From Candidatus Eiseniibacteriota bacterium (GTDB lineage: Bacteria; Eisenbacteria; RBG-16-71-46), in assembly GCA_044223005.1 (NCBI GenBank), contig JBGAML010000013.1:1-64000 (forward strand): a DNA stretch of 64,000 nucleotides, written 5' to 3'. This document shows positions 10,541 to 18,580 of this stretch, piece by piece. Positions within the stretch are counted from its first letter, which is position 1. Each line of letters opens with the position of its first letter. A program made the position numbers and the translations under genes. The notes under the pieces are model-generated. The model ran no database searches, was not told the origin of the DNA, and saw only the letters and a program-made list of their open reading frames with translations.

Positions 10541-12298
10541 ATGGACCTGAGTTTCGCCTGGCCGGTCGCCCTCTGGGGCCTGCTCGCCGTGCCGGTGCTC
10601 GCGCTGCTCGAGTGGCGCGCCCGCTCGCGCGCGCGCCAGGCGATGCGCGCCCTCGCCGGCCCGCGCGAGGGGCACGTGCTGCTGCAGCAGGTGCTGCCGA
10701 ACGAGCGCCGCACGGGGATCGCGCTGCGCTGCGCCGCCCTGACGCTGCTCGTGCTGGGCGCCGCCGGCCCGCAGTGGGGGCGCGAGACCGTGCGCCGAGC
10801 CGCGCGCGGTTCCGACCTGGTCTTCGCGATCGACGTGTCGGCCAGCATGAGCACCCGGGACGTGGCGCCGTCGCGGATCGACGAGGCGCGGCGCGAGGCG
10901 CTGGCGCTGCTCGAGCGCGTGACCGGCAGCCGCGTGGGCGTGCTCGCGTTCGCCGGCGACGCGGTCCGGCTCTGCCCGCTCACGCTGGACCACGCGGCCG
11001 CCCGCCTCACGCTGGAAACGCTCGCGACCGGCAGCGTGAGCACGCCGGGCACCGACCTGGGCGGCGCGCTGGAGGCGGCGATGCAGATGCTGCCCGCGGG
11101 CCGGCGCGAAGAACAGGCGATCGTGCTGTGGACCGACGGCGAGGACCTGGAAGGCCACGCGGGTTCGCTGGTCGACAAGCTGCGCGGGACCGGTGTCCGC
11201 ATCTTCGCGGTCGGCGTCGGTACCGCGGCCGGCGACGTGATCCCGGTGCTGGACGACCAGGGCCGCATCATCGACGTGAAGCGCGACGACGCGGGCGGCA
11301 CCGTGCACAGCCGCCTCGATGAGCAGTTGCTGCGCGACCTCGCACGCGCGACGCGCGGTGGCTACTTCGCGGCCAACCGCGTCGGAGGAGAGCTCGGCCG
11401 GCTCGCCGTGGCGATGGGATCGCTCGCGCGCTCCTCGCACGGCGCGCGTCTCGTCGAGCGGCCGGTGGCGCGCTTCCCGCTGGCCGCGGCCGCCGCGGTG
11501 CTGCTCGTCGCGGCCGAACTCGCGCGACCGCGCCGCCGCGGCGTCGCGAAGCCGGGCCGGGCGAAGCCGGGTGCCGCGGCGGCCGCGCTGCTCGCGCTCG
11601 TGCTCGCATTGGGCGCCGGTCGCGCCGACGCGCAGACCGCGTGGGCGAAGGCCGACCGGGCGTTCAAGGCGGGCGACTGGGCCCGCGCCGAATCGCTCTA
11701 CGCACGCCGGGCCCGGCGCCGCGCACCCGAGGCCGTGCACGTGAACCTCGCGACCTCGCGCGCGCTCGCGGGACGGCCGCCGCAGGAGTGGCAGCCCGCG
11801 CTCGAGCGGCTCGGGAACGGCAAGGACTACCGCGCCGCCGCGGCCGCGGGCTACAACCTCGGCACCGTGCTCGGGGAGCGGAAGGACTTCGACGCGGCGC
11901 TCGCGCAGCTGCGCCACGCGCTCGAGCGCGATCCCGACGACGCCGACGCGCGCTGGAACTACGAGCTGCTCATGCGCGAGAAGCGGCAGCAGGACGAGGA
12001 GAAGAAGAAGCAGCAGTCGCCGCAGAGCCCCAAGCCGCAGCAGCAGCCGCAGCAGGGTCCGTCGCAGCCCTCGCCGGGCGGGCAGCAGCCGCAGCCCAAC
12101 GGCGGCACGCCGCCGCCGCAGGGCGGGCAGCAGCCGCAGGGCCAGTCGCCGCCGCAGTCCACGCCGGGCTCGGCGCAGGGCATGACGCGCCAGCAGGCCG
12201 AGCAGCTGCTCGGCTCGCTGCAGGAACTCGAACGGCTCGAACGCCAGCGCGCGCAGCGCACCCGGGCGACGACCGAGAAGAAGGGGAAGGACTGGTGA
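10541..12298 (+). CDS. batB: BatB (VWA) fused to a BatC-like TPR domain with a Gln/Pro-rich tail
   Basis: DVSASM, CPLTLD, WTDGED and SRLDE motifs; then TM, TPR (YNLG…ALERDPDDADARWNYE), Q/P linker and terminal KDW. Confidence 0.85.
   Translation: MDLSFAWPVALWGLLAVPVLALLEWRARSRARQAMRALAGPREGHVLLQQVLPNERRTGIALRCAALTLLVLGAAGPQWGRETVRRAARGSDLVFAIDVSASMSTRDVAPSRIDEARREALALLERVTGSRVGVLAFAGDAVRLCPLTLDHAAARLTLETLATGSVSTPGTDLGGALEAAMQMLPAGRREEQAIVLWTDGEDLEGHAGSLVDKLRGTGVRIFAVGVGTAAGDVIPVLDDQGRIIDVKRDDAGGTVHSRLDEQLLRDLARATRGGYFAANRVGGELGRLAVAMGSLARSSHGARLVERPVARFPLAAAAAVLLVAAELARPRRRGVAKPGRAKPGAAAAALLALVLALGAGRADAQTAWAKADRAFKAGDWARAESLYARRARRRAPEAVHVNLATSRALAGRPPQEWQPALERLGNGKDYRAAAAAGYNLGTVLGERKDFDAALAQLRHALERDPDDADARWNYELLMREKRQQDEEKKKQQSPQSPKPQQQPQQGPSQPSPGGQQPQPNGGTPPPQGGQQPQGQSPPQSTPGSAQGMTRQQAEQLLGSLQELERLERQRAQRTRATTEKKGKDW
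11986..12180 (+). repeat. low-complexity CAG/CCG-rich coding tract (Gln/Pro/Ser/Gly linker)
   Basis: Recurrent CAGCAGCCGCAG units encoding QQPQ inside the BatB-BatC ORF. Confidence 0.7.
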
Positions 12299-14577
12299 TG
12301 CGCCGAATCGCTGGGGCCGCCGCGCTGCTCGCGGCGTGGCTCGTGGGCATGCCGCTCGCCGCGTCCGCGGCGCCGCAGGCGCAGGCGACGCTGTCTGCCG
12401 GCACGGTGGAAGCCGGCGCGGGCGTGACGCTCGTCGTGGCGGTCAGCGACCCGGGCGGCCCGACGGGCGATCCGCAGTTCTCGCTGCCGCGCGGTCTCAC
12501 GCTGCTGGGCAGCGAGCAGGGCCAGAGCTATTCGTGGGTCAACGGCCGGTCGTCGAGCCGGATCGAATACCGCTACGCGATTTCGACGGACGTCGTGGGC
12601 CACTACACGGTCGGCCCCATCCGCGTGAAGATGGGCCGCCAGGTCTACGAGTGCCCCGCACTCTCGCTCACCGTGACGGCCGCCGCGGCGCTGCCCGGCG
12701 GCGCCGCCGTCGCCCGGACGGCGGCGGGGGCCGCGCTCGAGGTGAGCGTGTCGCCGCAGCACCCGTACGTGGGCCAGCTCGTGCAGCTGGCGCTCAAGCT
12801 GGTCCAGACGCGCGACCTGAGCCAGAGCGGGCCCAACTCGACGCCGTCCACGACGGGCTTCTGGGCGGAGGGTTACGGCGATCCGGTCGAGTATCGCGTG
12901 AACACCGGCCACGGTCCCGGCGTGGTCACCGAACGGCGGGCGCGGCTCTATCCGCTCGCGCCCGGGCCCGTGACGATCGGCAGCGCCGCGATCGTGGTCT
13001 CGCTGTCCTCGAGCGATCCCTTCGCGACCGAACCCGGGCGGCCGTTCGAGATCCGCAGCCAGCCGGTGAAGCTCGACGTGCGGCCGTTGCCGCCGGGCGC
13101 TCCCGCCGGGTTCGCCAACGCGGTCGGGGCGTTCCGCTGGAGCTGGAGCCTCGATCGCGGGCACACGACCAAGGACCAGGCACTGACGCTCCAGCTCGAC
13201 GTGCGCGGTACCGGCAACCTGCCACTGCTGCGCACGCCGACGCTCGCGCCGCCGGACTTCGAGGTGTACGCGAGCACCGTCGACGACAGCTTCCCGCCCG
13301 CCGGCGAAGCGCAGGCGGGCCGCCGCCGCTTCCAGTGGACGTTGATGCCGCGGCGCACCGGCGTGCTCCACCTCGCGCCGCCCGCGCTCGCGTGGTTCGA
13401 TCCCGCGACCGGTGCCTACCACTCGGCCGAACTGCCCGCGCTCGAGGTCGAGGTGCTCGCCGCCGGGCCCGGCTCGGGCACCGACCGCGACGCGAGCGCG
13501 TTCCCGCCCGTATTCGGGCGCGATCCGGCGCGCCCGGGGGCGCGGCCCGCGTGGCCGTGGCTGTTCGCGCTGGCCGGCGCGCTCGCGGCGTTCGCGGTAC
13601 GCACGTGGCGCGCGGCGAACGCGCCCGACCCCGACGGGCCGGAGCGCGCGCGCATGCGCGAGCTGCTGCGCGCGGTGGGGCTCGCGCACGGACCGGACTT
13701 CTGGATCGCCGCGGACGAGGCGGTGCGCTGGGTCGAGCGCCGCGGCGGGCAGGTGCTGCGCCTGCGCGAGGACATCGCGGCGGCGCGCTACAGCGGCCGG
13801 CCACTGCCCGAGGATGACGTGCGCCGGCGGCTGGTCGAACGCGTCGGCGAGACGCTGCCGGCCACCGCGTCCAGGCTGCCGCGGCAGCTCGTCGCGGCCG
13901 GCTGCGCCCTGCTCGCGCTGGCCGCGCTCGCGCTCGGCGCCGGCGTGCACGGCCCGGACGCGCTCGCGGCGCGCGCGCGCGAGGCCGACGCGCTCGCGCG
14001 GCAGGGGCGCGTGGCGGACGCGGTGTCGGCGTGGGAGGGGATCTGGCGCGAGTCGCCGGGTGACCCGGCCCTGGCCGCGCGCCTGGCGTGGGCCGCGCTC
14101 AAGGAAGAACGGGTCGGGACCGCGACCGTGTGGGCGATGCGCGGACAGCAGGGCGAGCCTCGCAGCGCCGCGCTCGGCTGGACCGCGGCGCGGCTGCGCG
14201 AGGCGGGCGCGCTGACCGGCGTGCCCGGCCAGGGCCTGCCGCTCCGCTCGCTCGAATGGGCGGCGCTGGCCTTCGCGCTCATGCTCGGCGCGGTGCTCGA
14301 GTGGCCGCGGCGCTGGAGCGCGATCGCGCTGGCGCTGCTGGCGATCGCGGCGGCGGCGGCCGTGCCGGTGCGGCACACGCTCGCCGCGCACGAGCCCGTG
14401 GCGGTCGTCGGCCGCGCCGTGACGCTGGAAGGGGGCGACGTGGATCTCGTGCCCGGGCAGGTGGTGCGCGTGACCGGCCGCGACGGCGCCGGGCGCGTCC
14501 GCGTGCGCGCGGGCCGGGACCTGGCGGGCGTGCTGCCCGAGGAGGCGCTGCTCCACGTCGGCGGCACCGGATGGTGA
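12298..14577 (+). CDS. batD: BatD-like protein with a C-terminal BatE-like (TPR/TM/SH3-like) region
   Basis: Signal peptide, SWVNG, PYVGQ, AVGAF and GTGNL BatD motifs; C-terminal TPR, TMs and LVPGQVVRV SH3-like end. Confidence 0.8.
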   Translation: MRRIAGAAALLAAWLVGMPLAASAAPQAQATLSAGTVEAGAGVTLVVAVSDPGGPTGDPQFSLPRGLTLLGSEQGQSYSWVNGRSSSRIEYRYAISTDVVGHYTVGPIRVKMGRQVYECPALSLTVTAAAALPGGAAVARTAAGAALEVSVSPQHPYVGQLVQLALKLVQTRDLSQSGPNSTPSTTGFWAEGYGDPVEYRVNTGHGPGVVTERRARLYPLAPGPVTIGSAAIVVSLSSSDPFATEPGRPFEIRSQPVKLDVRPLPPGAPAGFANAVGAFRWSWSLDRGHTTKDQALTLQLDVRGTGNLPLLRTPTLAPPDFEVYASTVDDSFPPAGEAQAGRRRFQWTLMPRRTGVLHLAPPALAWFDPATGAYHSAELPALEVEVLAAGPGSGTDRDASAFPPVFGRDPARPGARPAWPWLFALAGALAAFAVRTWRAANAPDPDGPERARMRELLRAVGLAHGPDFWIAADEAVRWVERRGGQVLRLREDIAAARYSGRPLPEDDVRRRLVERVGETLPATASRLPRQLVAAGCALLALAALALGAGVHGPDALAARAREADALARQGRVADAVSAWEGIWRESPGDPALAARLAWAALKEERVGTATVWAMRGQQGEPRSAALGWTAARLREAGALTGVPGQGLPLRSLEWAALAFALMLGAVLEWPRRWSAIALALLAIAAAAAVPVRHTLAAHEPVAVVGRAVTLEGGDVDLVPGQVVRVTGRDGAGRVRVRAGRDLAGVLPEEALLHVGGTGW

Positions 14578-15128
14578 TCGCGCGCGCGTGGCTGCTCGCA
14601 CTCGCGCTCGCGTGGCCGATGCAGCCGCTCGACGACGCCGTGCGCACGGCCGTGCAGTCGCATCGCGACCCCGCGCTCGAGCGCCCGATGCACCTCGTGA
14701 GCGATCTCGGGCGGCCGCTGCTCCTGCTGACGGGCGCCGTCGCGCTCGTGTCCGGCGCGGCCGGGCGCGCGCTGCTGGTCGAAGCCGGCGTGGTGCTGGT
14801 GCCGGTCAACCTCGCGGTCGAGTCGCTCAAGTGGGTCACGTGGCGCGCGCGTCCGGACGGCACGCATCGCCACGGCAACGCCGCGTTCCCCTCGAGCCAC
14901 GCCGCCAACGCGTTCGCGGTCGCGGTGCTGCTCGCGCGCCGCTGGAGGCGAGCGGGGCCCGCGTGGTTCGCGCTCGCCGCGCTGGTCGGGTGGTCGCGGA
15001 TCTGGCTCGATCGCCACTGGCTGAGCGATGTCGTCACCGGCGCGCTGCTGGGTGCGCTGCTCGCGTGGGGCGCGCTGCTCGCGCTGCAGCGCTGGCGCGC
15101 GTCGCGCGCCGTCGCTCGCACGGCCTGA
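14571..15128 (+). CDS. PAP2 family membrane phosphatase
   Basis: Three PAP2 motifs: KWVTWRARP, FPSSH, SRIWLDRHWLSDV. Confidence 0.9.
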   Translation: MVIARAWLLALALAWPMQPLDDAVRTAVQSHRDPALERPMHLVSDLGRPLLLLTGAVALVSGAAGRALLVEAGVVLVPVNLAVESLKWVTWRARPDGTHRHGNAAFPSSHAANAFAVAVLLARRWRRAGPAWFALAALVGWSRIWLDRHWLSDVVTGALLGALLAWGALLALQRWRASRAVARTA

Positions 15129-15237
15129 CGCGGCGGATTCTCCGTCGGGCGAAGCGAATGCGGGGATTGCGGGCGACTTGACGTCGTGACGCGACCGGAC
15201 GGTGCTATGGTGGGCCCGACGCGGAGGGACCCGAACC

Positions 15238-15702
15238 ATGGCCATCGCCGACGTCCCCTCGATCAGTAACCTGCCGGTCGATTGCGTGGAGCTGCGCCAT
15301 CGCAAGCGTGATTCGGCGCTCGTGCAACTGGTGGCGGCCGCGGAATCGTCCGGGCTGGTCCAGGATGCGGACGTCCTGCTCGCCACCTTGCAGCGATCGC
15401 TTCGCCTCGGGCGCACCGGGGTGGGCAAGGGCGTCGCCATTCCGCACTTGCGCTCGGCGTGTGTGCGCCGCCCGGGCGTCGTCCTCGGACGCTCCTCGCG
15501 CGGCATCGATTGGGGCGCCACCGACGGCCAGGACGTCCACCTCGTCGCGCTCGTGTTGAGCCCGTGCGCGACGCGCGCAGACGCGCACGTCGCGCGCGTC
15601 GCGGGCACCCTGCAGGGCATGCGCCTGCAGCGCATGCGCCAGCGGCTGCTCGACGCCGACGGACCGACCGCGGCGGCGCTGCTGCGCGGAGGTGGAGCGT
15701 GA
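15238..15702 (+). CDS. stand-alone PTS EIIA (Fru/Ntr-type) domain protein
   Basis: TGVGKGVAIPH phospho-His motif and GIDWGATDG; GGAGG SD; extended -10 TGCTATGGT at 15203-15211. Confidence 0.88.
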   Translation: MAIADVPSISNLPVDCVELRHRKRDSALVQLVAAAESSGLVQDADVLLATLQRSLRLGRTGVGKGVAIPHLRSACVRRPGVVLGRSSRGIDWGATDGQDVHLVALVLSPCATRADAHVARVAGTLQGMRLQRMRQRLLDADGPTAAALLRGGGA

Positions 15703-16040
15703 ACCCGGCGCGGACCGTGCTCGAGCTGCACGACCTCGACCAGGTGTTGGAACTCGCGCACGACCCCGCGTGCCGCACGCGCCTCGAGCGCATGGGGTTC
15801 TCGATGGAAGGCCTCGCCGTGCTCGAGCGCGAACGCGAGAAGCTGGTGGGCACGCTCGACCGCCGCTGGGCGACCCTGTACCAGCGCTCGCTGGCTCGCT
15901 ACGGCCGCGGGGTGACCCTGGTCCGCGAGCGCGTGTGCCAGGGCTGCTTCGTGCAGCTGCCGACCTCGGCGGTGCCACCGCCGGGCGAGGCGGGGCTGCA
16001 CCTGTGCGAGAGCTGCGGGCGGCTGCTCTACTGGCGCTGA
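15699..16040 (+). CDS. C4 zinc-ribbon protein (DUF164/CT398-like, short form)
   Basis: YQRSLARYG…VCQGCFVQLP…CESCGRLLY; start overlaps the EIIA stop. Confidence 0.85.
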   Translation: MNPARTVLELHDLDQVLELAHDPACRTRLERMGFSMEGLAVLEREREKLVGTLDRRWATLYQRSLARYGRGVTLVRERVCQGCFVQLPTSAVPPPGEAGLHLCESCGRLLYWR

Positions 16041-16202
16041 AGCCGGCCGCGGCCCGGGCGGGAACCCGGCGCAGGGTCCCGGGGTTTGCGAGCCGAGGCC
16101 GTGGGCGCGTTCCCGGCTGGCGCCGCGCGCATGGCCCGCGCTACGCTGTTTCCGTCGCCTCCCGACCGGGAGCCACCGACCGGAACTCGAAAGGAAGACC
16201 GC

Positions 16203-16649
16203 ATGACGTTGTCGCGCACCCTCCGCCTCGGTGTGCTCCTCGCCTGGACCGCCTCCACCGGCTGCATGACGCTGCGCGAGATCCCGCGCCAGGAGTACGG
16301 CGCGGTGCAGGAGCGCAAGAACGTCCGGGTCGTGACGCAGGAGGGCCTGCTCTACGAGTTCGACTGGGCCGACGTGGTCGGCGACACGCTCGTCGGCTAC
16401 CGGAATCGCCTCGAGGTCGAGGGGCCGGTCGACCAGCTCGCGCAGGTGAGGCTGCCCGTGGACGACGTGCGCAGCCTGAGCGCCCGCGGCATCGACTGGC
16501 GCCGGACGGCGATCGTGGGTGGCGGCGTGGTCGCCGGCGCGCTGGCGGTCAGCCTCTCGCAGTCGCTGCGCCACGCCGACACGTCGAGCGGCTCGAGCGG
16601 TGGGCACAAGCCGCCACCGACCGTCGGCGCCATTCCCGCGGGTCGCTGA
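16203..16649 (+). CDS. hypothetical exported protein, possible lipoprotein
   Basis: MTLSRTLRLGVLLAWTASTGC (non-canonical lipobox) and a C-terminal hydrophobic segment; AAGGA SD. Confidence 0.65.
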   Translation: MTLSRTLRLGVLLAWTASTGCMTLREIPRQEYGAVQERKNVRVVTQEGLLYEFDWADVVGDTLVGYRNRLEVEGPVDQLAQVRLPVDDVRSLSARGIDWRRTAIVGGGVVAGALAVSLSQSLRHADTSSGSSGGHKPPPTVGAIPAGR

Positions 16650-16659
16650 GCCGGCGAGC

Positions 16660-17019
16660 TCAGTGCGTCGCCGCCCAGGCGCCGAGTGCGGCGCCCGCGG
16701 CGTCGGCGGCGAGATCGATCGGATCGAACCGGCTCGTCCGCCGGTCGTGCAGTTCCTTCAGGGTGCCGAGCCCGAGCGTGACCAGCGCCGCTTCGGTGCG
16801 CGGCCGGCCCGCGAGCCCCATGCCCGCGGCGAGCGTGAACGAGAGCGAGCCGTGCTCGAGCCGGTCGGGTCGCAGCAGCCCGACCTGCCACGCGCGCACG
16901 TGCGCGGGCGGCAGCGAATCGGGCGGCGCGGCCGCGGCGCGGGCCGCAGGGACGAGCAGCGCGAGCACCGCGACGGCGATGACGCGGGCGAGGATCCGGC
17001 CGCGGCGAGAGGTGGACAT
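16660..17019 (-). CDS. YfiM/DUF2279-like small membrane or exported protein
   Basis: Signal peptide, DRLEH, LGTLKELHD, FDPIDLAADAAG; GGAGG SD on the minus strand. Confidence 0.7.
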   Translation of the reverse strand: MSTSRRGRILARVIAVAVLALLVPAARAAAAPPDSLPPAHVRAWQVGLLRPDRLEHGSLSFTLAAGMGLAGRPRTEAALVTLGLGTLKELHDRRTSRFDPIDLAADAAGAALGAWAATH

Positions 17020-17097
17020 GCGAGCCTCCGGGGGCGCGGCGCGAGGCGCGCGGCGCGCGCGGCAGTATCGCATGTGCGCGGGGAACCGGTGCACTGC

Positions 17098-17127
17098 TTG
17101 ACACTCCCGGAAAGTGCCTCATATCCT
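17098..17127 (+). promoter_or_regulatory. sigma70-type promoter TTGACA-N18-TATCCT
   Basis: Near-consensus hexamers upstream of the polyprenyl synthase-rsfS-argS-pfkB run. Confidence 0.7.
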
Positions 17128-17180
17128 GCGTCGCTGTTTTTCGTTCGCCCATCCCACCTTCCGGGGCACGTCACTCCCGA

Positions 17181-18173
17181 ATGACCGTCGATCCCCAGAT
17201 CCTCGCGGTGCAGAAACCCGTGCGGCGCCAGCTCGAAGAGGTGCAGAAGCGCCTCCGGGGGCTTTTCCGTACCCCGATCCCGATCCTGAACGAGGTGGGG
17301 GGCCACGTGCTCGCCACGCGGGGCAAGAAGTTTCGCCCCACGCTGCTGCTGCTCGCCGCCCGGCTCCGGGGCGAGCTCGGCAACGAAGCGATCGTGAGCG
17401 CCACGGTCGCCGAGCTCGTGCACGCCGCGGCGCTCATCCACGACGACGCCGTCGACCGCAGTCACCTGCGGCGCGGGCAGCCGACCGTGAACGGTCTCTG
17501 GACCGACGAGATGGCGATCATCATGGGCGACTACATGTACGCCCAGTCCATGGCGCTGCTGGTCGAGCACAAGCTCGACGCGGCCATGGGCATCCTCGCG
17601 CAGGCCGTGACCGAGATGTCCTGCGGCGAGGCGCTGGAGTTCCAGCACGCCTACAACCTCGACGTCCGCGAGGCCGACTACGAGGAGCTGATCCGCGCCA
17701 AGACCGGCTCGCTGATCGGCGCCTCGACGCAGATGGGCGTGGCGATCGGGCGCGGCGCGAAGGACCACCGTCGGCGCGCCGCATTCCACGCGTTCGGCGA
17801 GAAGCTGGGCGTCGCGTTCCAGATCGTGGACGACCTCTTCGATTACCTCAGCGACTCCGAGGTGACGGGCAAGCCCGTCGGCTACGACCTCGCCGAGGGC
17901 AAGGTGACGCTGCCGCTCATCGCCGCGCTGCGGCAGGCCACCGAGGCCGATCGCAAGCGCCTGCGGGCGCTGGCCGGCCGGCGCAAGTGGACGCAGGGCC
18001 AGTGGGCGAGCCTGTGCGCGCTGATCGAGCGCGCCGGCGGGTTCGAGTACTCGCGCCAGCGCGCCGCCGCCCTGGCCGAGGAAGCCCGCGCCGTGCTCGC
18101 CGACGAGCCGCGCTCCGCGGCGCGCCGCGCGCTGGACGCCGCGATCGACTACGCGGTCCACCGCGACCACTGA
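17181..18173 (+). CDS. long-chain polyprenyl diphosphate synthase (IspB/HepT-like)
   Basis: Motifs GKKFRP, LIHDDAVD…RRG, GDY, KTG, FQIVDDLFD, DLAEGKVTLP. Confidence 0.95.
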   Translation: MTVDPQILAVQKPVRRQLEEVQKRLRGLFRTPIPILNEVGGHVLATRGKKFRPTLLLLAARLRGELGNEAIVSATVAELVHAAALIHDDAVDRSHLRRGQPTVNGLWTDEMAIIMGDYMYAQSMALLVEHKLDAAMGILAQAVTEMSCGEALEFQHAYNLDVREADYEELIRAKTGSLIGASTQMGVAIGRGAKDHRRRAAFHAFGEKLGVAFQIVDDLFDYLSDSEVTGKPVGYDLAEGKVTLPLIAALRQATEADRKRLRALAGRRKWTQGQWASLCALIERAGGFEYSRQRAAALAEEARAVLADEPRSAARRALDAAIDYAVHRDH

Positions 18174-18199
18174 TCCGGGCCCGGCCCGAACCCTCCGCC

Positions 18200-18580
18200 A
18201 TGACCACTCCGCGCCCGCGCTCCGAAAACGCCGTTCCCGGCCTCGACCTGCTGCGCCTCTGTGCCGAGGCCGCGGCGAGCAAGAAGGCCGAGCAACTCGT
18301 CGGCCTCGACCTCCGCGGTCTCGAGGGCGTCGCCGACTACTTCCTCGTCTGCTCCGGCACGAGCGAAGTGCAGGTGAAGGCGATCGCCGAGGCCGTCGAG
18401 GAGAAGGCGCGCGTCGCGGGCGTGCGGGCGTGGCACATCGAGGGCCGCGAAGGGCGCCGCTGGGTGCTGCTCGACTTCGTCGACGTGGTCGTGCACGTGT
18501 TCCACGAGAAGACGCGCGAGTACTACCTGCTGGAACGCCTCTGGGGCGATGCGAGGAGCGTGGACCTTGGTGTGGAATGA
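18200..18580 (+). CDS. rsfS: ribosome silencing factor (Iojap)
   Basis: Motifs KKAE, ADYFLVCSGTS, WVLLDFVDVVVHVF, REYYLLERLWGDA. Confidence 0.95.
   Translation: MTTPRPRSENAVPGLDLLRLCAEAAASKKAEQLVGLDLRGLEGVADYFLVCSGTSEVQVKAIAEAVEEKARVAGVRAWHIEGREGRRWVLLDFVDVVVHVFHEKTREYYLLERLWGDARSVDLGVE

Noticed and set aside
11986..12180. CAG/CCG repeats as a CRISPR array or VNTR
   Set aside because: Irregular in-frame codon repeats encoding the Gln/Pro linker usual in BatC-like proteins; no repeat-spacer periodicity and no cas genes.
15178..15183. TTGACG as the -35 box for the EIIA gene
   Set aside because: 22 nt from the TATGGT -10, which is too long. The extended -10 can explain the promoter alone.
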